DNA of 64,000 nt from positions 5,766,001 to 5,830,000 of the forward strand of contig CM022677.1 in the NCBI GenBank assembly GCA_012295275.1. The letters run 5' to 3'. This stretch comes from Chrysomallon squamiferum. Lineage: Eukaryota > Animalia > Mollusca. Below are positions 61,049-64,000 of the stretch, piece by piece (the stretch's first letter is position 1; each line of letters opens with the position of its first letter). The notes beneath the pieces were generated by a model, which was not told the origin of the DNA, ran no database searches, and was given only the letters and a program-made list of their open reading frames with translations. A program made the position numbers and the translations under genes.

Positions 61049-61124
61049 ACACCGACTTGAAAAAAATATAAAACTCGTGACGTCATCGGCGCTTTTAGAG
61101 ACAAGATTATATTTGAAGACTAAC

Positions 61125-61690
61125 TTGTTTTAACAGTGCCTGGGCAGCGTGGCGCTCGATACAAGATCAGAAGTAAAGTTGTTTTAACAATGCCTGGGCA
61201 GCGTGGCGCTCGATACAAGATCAGAAGTAAAGTTGTTTTAACAATGCCTGGGCAGCGTGGCGCTCGATACAAGATTAGAAGTAAAGTTGTTTTAACAATG
61301 CCTGGGCAGCGTGGCGCTCGATACAAGATCAGAAGTAAAGTTGTTTTAACAGTGCCTGGGCAGCGTGGCGCTCGATACAAGATCAGAAGTAAAGTTGTTT
61401 TAACAATGCCTGGGCAGCGTGGCGCTCGATACAAGATCAGAAGTAAAGTTGTTTTAACAGTGCCTGGGCAGCGTGGCGCTCGATACAAGATCAGAAGTAA
61501 AGTTGTTTTAACAGTGCCTGGGCCAGTGGCGCTCGATACAAGATTAGAAGTAAAGTTGTTTTAACAGTGCACTGGGCAGCGTGGCGCTCGATACAAGATC
61601 AGAAGTAAAGTTGTTTTAACAAAGCCTGGGCAGCGTGGCGCTCGATACAAGATCAGAAGTAAAGTTGTTTTAACAATGCCTGGGCAGCGT
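61125..61690. repeat. 54-bp minisatellite, about 10.5 copies
   Basis: Unit GTTGTTTTAACA(A/G)TGCCTGGGCAGCGTGGCGCTCGATACAAGAT(C/T)AGAAGTAAA, head to tail with no spacers. One unit near 61521 has a small indel. Confidence 0.98.
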
Positions 61691-61799
61691 CCGGTCAGCT
61701 TCTACGTCTGCAAACATGTCACGTGTTATTTTATAGCAAGACAAATATTAATAGTATTTTAATGTGAGTTATTTGATGTCAGTTGTACGAAATACACTA

Positions 61800-62122
61800 A
61801 CAAGATGATAACAAGGTTTCTAGTAGCACAGACTATGTCAGTAGTAGAAACAATATTTCTGCACTTCACATTAAATTAACTGATAAACTACTAGTGACAT
61901 TGTTTCATTCGATAAGTTCATGAATTTGTATGGACAATGTTTCTGGTTCCACGCGCTAAGTAAGCAGTGAGAATGTTTCTAGTGTAAACGCTAAGTAGAT
62001 AAACTAGTAGCGACAATATTTTGAGCATAAGCACGCTCTAAGTTACTTGATGAGTAAGTAATGAAAATGTTTGTCATAATAAACAGTAAGTAAATTCATA
62101 CACTAATAGTGACAATGTTCAG
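61800..62122. repeat. Degenerate minisatellite with TAGTGACAATGTTTC-like core
   Basis: Variants at about 61807, 61845, 61892, 61933, 61967, 62008 and 62107. Confidence 0.55.
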
Positions 62123-62321
62123 CATATAGTGGAACACTTATAATTAGTTTTGACACAAGAAGATTGAAAGAAAGAAGTAACAACACGTTTTTTAACATTA
62201 CAATCAGATTTATTTACTAACACACACTGTGACATACAACATTGTGAACCTTAAGATTACAGTGAACTGAACTTTATTTTAACAAAATATGTTAATTTTC
62301 CATTATTTTATGTGGCTTGAT

Positions 62322-62334
<13 letters not shown>

Positions 62335-62409
<75 letters not shown>
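62335..62409. repeat. (CT)n microsatellite
   Basis: Perfect run. Confidence 0.95.
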
Positions 62410-62416
<7 letters not shown>

Positions 62417-63671
62417 ATTTAATATTATTAAAATGAATTTACTTTTAATCTGTTTTACCCTTTACAGAAATATTATGCAGTCACTGAGGATAATATGTAA
62501 GTAAACCTTTCAATTTTGTTAATATATTATCGTATTTAAATTAAATAACAGCGATAATAATTAATTAAAAAAAAAAAAAAAAAAAAAAAAATGATTCAAA
62601 CTTGTAATAAAATAAATGAATAATAATAAGCAACACAAAAAAAAAAAAAAAAAATAAGGATGAAAAGCAATCATTTCTATTCTTAAAAGAAACAAGCAAA
62701 AACAAAAACAAAAAACTATTTCTTGAGTTAAGAAATAAAGTTAAAATGAAGCCGATATATCATTTTATTTTATTTTATTTATTTATTTATTTATTTTATT
62801 ATTATTATCGGAACACTGCAAAGCAGACGAAGAAACTAAGACGGCATTCGGGAAGTTTCGGAATAATCCGAATGGTCACGACCATACAATACTGGGTCAG
62901 CGAGCCTCCCGGTTTTGTTTATCAAGACTACCGTTAAGTACAGTCATGTCCGGTCTTAAAAATTAGTGTTTATAAAAAGATGGTAAATTAAGGTAATCCG
63001 ATACGTCCAATTTATCGAACTAGGGGAAACCTTTTATGTGAAATAAAATCATTAATAGTGGCTCTTGTTGCCGAGACGGAACTTTGGTCGCAATTGACTT
63101 AATTTAAAATGTTAATTGTTATTATGTGTAAAAAACATTTTTATATATTAGGTAATAGGATTCCTGCTGGTATTTATATTATTTGGACATAAGAAAAAGA
63201 AAAAGAAACATTATTATTAAACACATTTTACATTTTATGTTTTGAAGATGCATAAATAAAATAAATTACTTTTCATTCTTCCTAAAGATTATCATTATTA
63301 TCAATTTTTTTATGTGAAATAATCTTTTTTAATAAAAATGTTTGACAAAATTACAGTTTTGTCACTAAATTGGAAAAAAACTTAAAGCATTCAGTTTCCT
63401 TTTTGTTGGTTATTATGAACAATAATAAAATACAGAAAAACCAGAGTAAAATAAATTTATTCTGACTAAATTATTTGTATTTTTAATATTTTAGGTAGAT
63501 TTAAATAGTAATTTGTTTTTGTTTCCAGAGATTACCAATGATAAATTTTATACTTTTTTTTTTAACCATAATTTTATTTATTAGAGCTATCAATAATAAA
63601 TGTTACATTTTTTTTTAGTTGACTCACTTTTTAAGGTTTATCAGTGATAAATGTAATTTATCACTTTACAG

Positions 63672-63869
63672 GATAAACAAGCTATTTCTGTCCAGACAAA
63701 AGGCCAGGATCCTTCAGGCCAAGGATGACCACTTGACCATGTGTGTAGTGCACAGTTCAGTGAAGAGCAATCACTTCTCCAGTCCTGACTTTTAAGAGAA
63801 ATTTGTACAGACTCAGACACTCAGATGTACTCAACATGTTTGTAAACAGATGCTGGGTATAATAGACAG
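63672..63869 (+). pseudogene. Exon-like relic of a probable intron-containing Tc1-like transposase (N-terminal region)
   Basis: Acceptor CACTTTACAG| and donor CAG|GTAATT. Across a frameshift it reads DKRPGSFRPRMTT...SSVKSNHFSSPDF*EKFVQTQT...QHVCKQML, resembling the Tc1 SGRPRKTT motif and following HTH. All three frames contain stops. Confidence 0.45.
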
Positions 63870-64000
63870 GTAATTCAGTTTACTACCAGATTTTATAAAC
63901 TTTTAAAATAATAAATTACTTAATTTCACCTGAGAATGTTTTAATATTAATATTATTACATATATTTTTATTGTTTATTTGTAAATACAGACTTTGTCAT

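Noticed and set aside
61120-61690. CRISPR array or repeat-protein CDS (MPGQRGARYKIRSKVVLT)n
   Set aside because: Units are head to tail with no unique spacers and there are no cas genes. The open frames follow from the 54-bp period and break at an indel.

Overview
AT-rich, microsatellite-dense eukaryotic DNA, probably from an invertebrate animal (mollusc-like repeat content; this is inference), with a 200-N scaffold gap at 44866-45065. I find no intact protein-coding gene, tRNA, rRNA or CRISPR array, and nearly all listed ORFs are translated microsatellites. The dominant structure is a large inverted duplication: arms of about 11.2 kb at 5682-16859 and 29091-40356, a 12.2 kb spacer, and near-identical inner parts. 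A more diverged partial third copy lies at about 54450-58325. All copies are built from a shuffled set of 100-250 bp modules joined by (AAT)n-type tracts, and older copies of the same modules fill 45100-53150. Two older inverted paralog pairs cross the arms (2015-4452/20938-23323 and 17020-18100/42675-44115). Recognisable transposon relics: a hAT Buster/GTF2IRD2-like transposase fragment, two copies of a TIR-bounded Tc1 element, a 5'-truncated RTE-X-like LINE, a hAT MITE with TSD, a Tigger element, a pogo-like 3' end, and probable exons of intron-containing Tc1-like transposases. There is also a 54-bp minisatellite. Identity values and most repeat boundaries are by-eye estimates.
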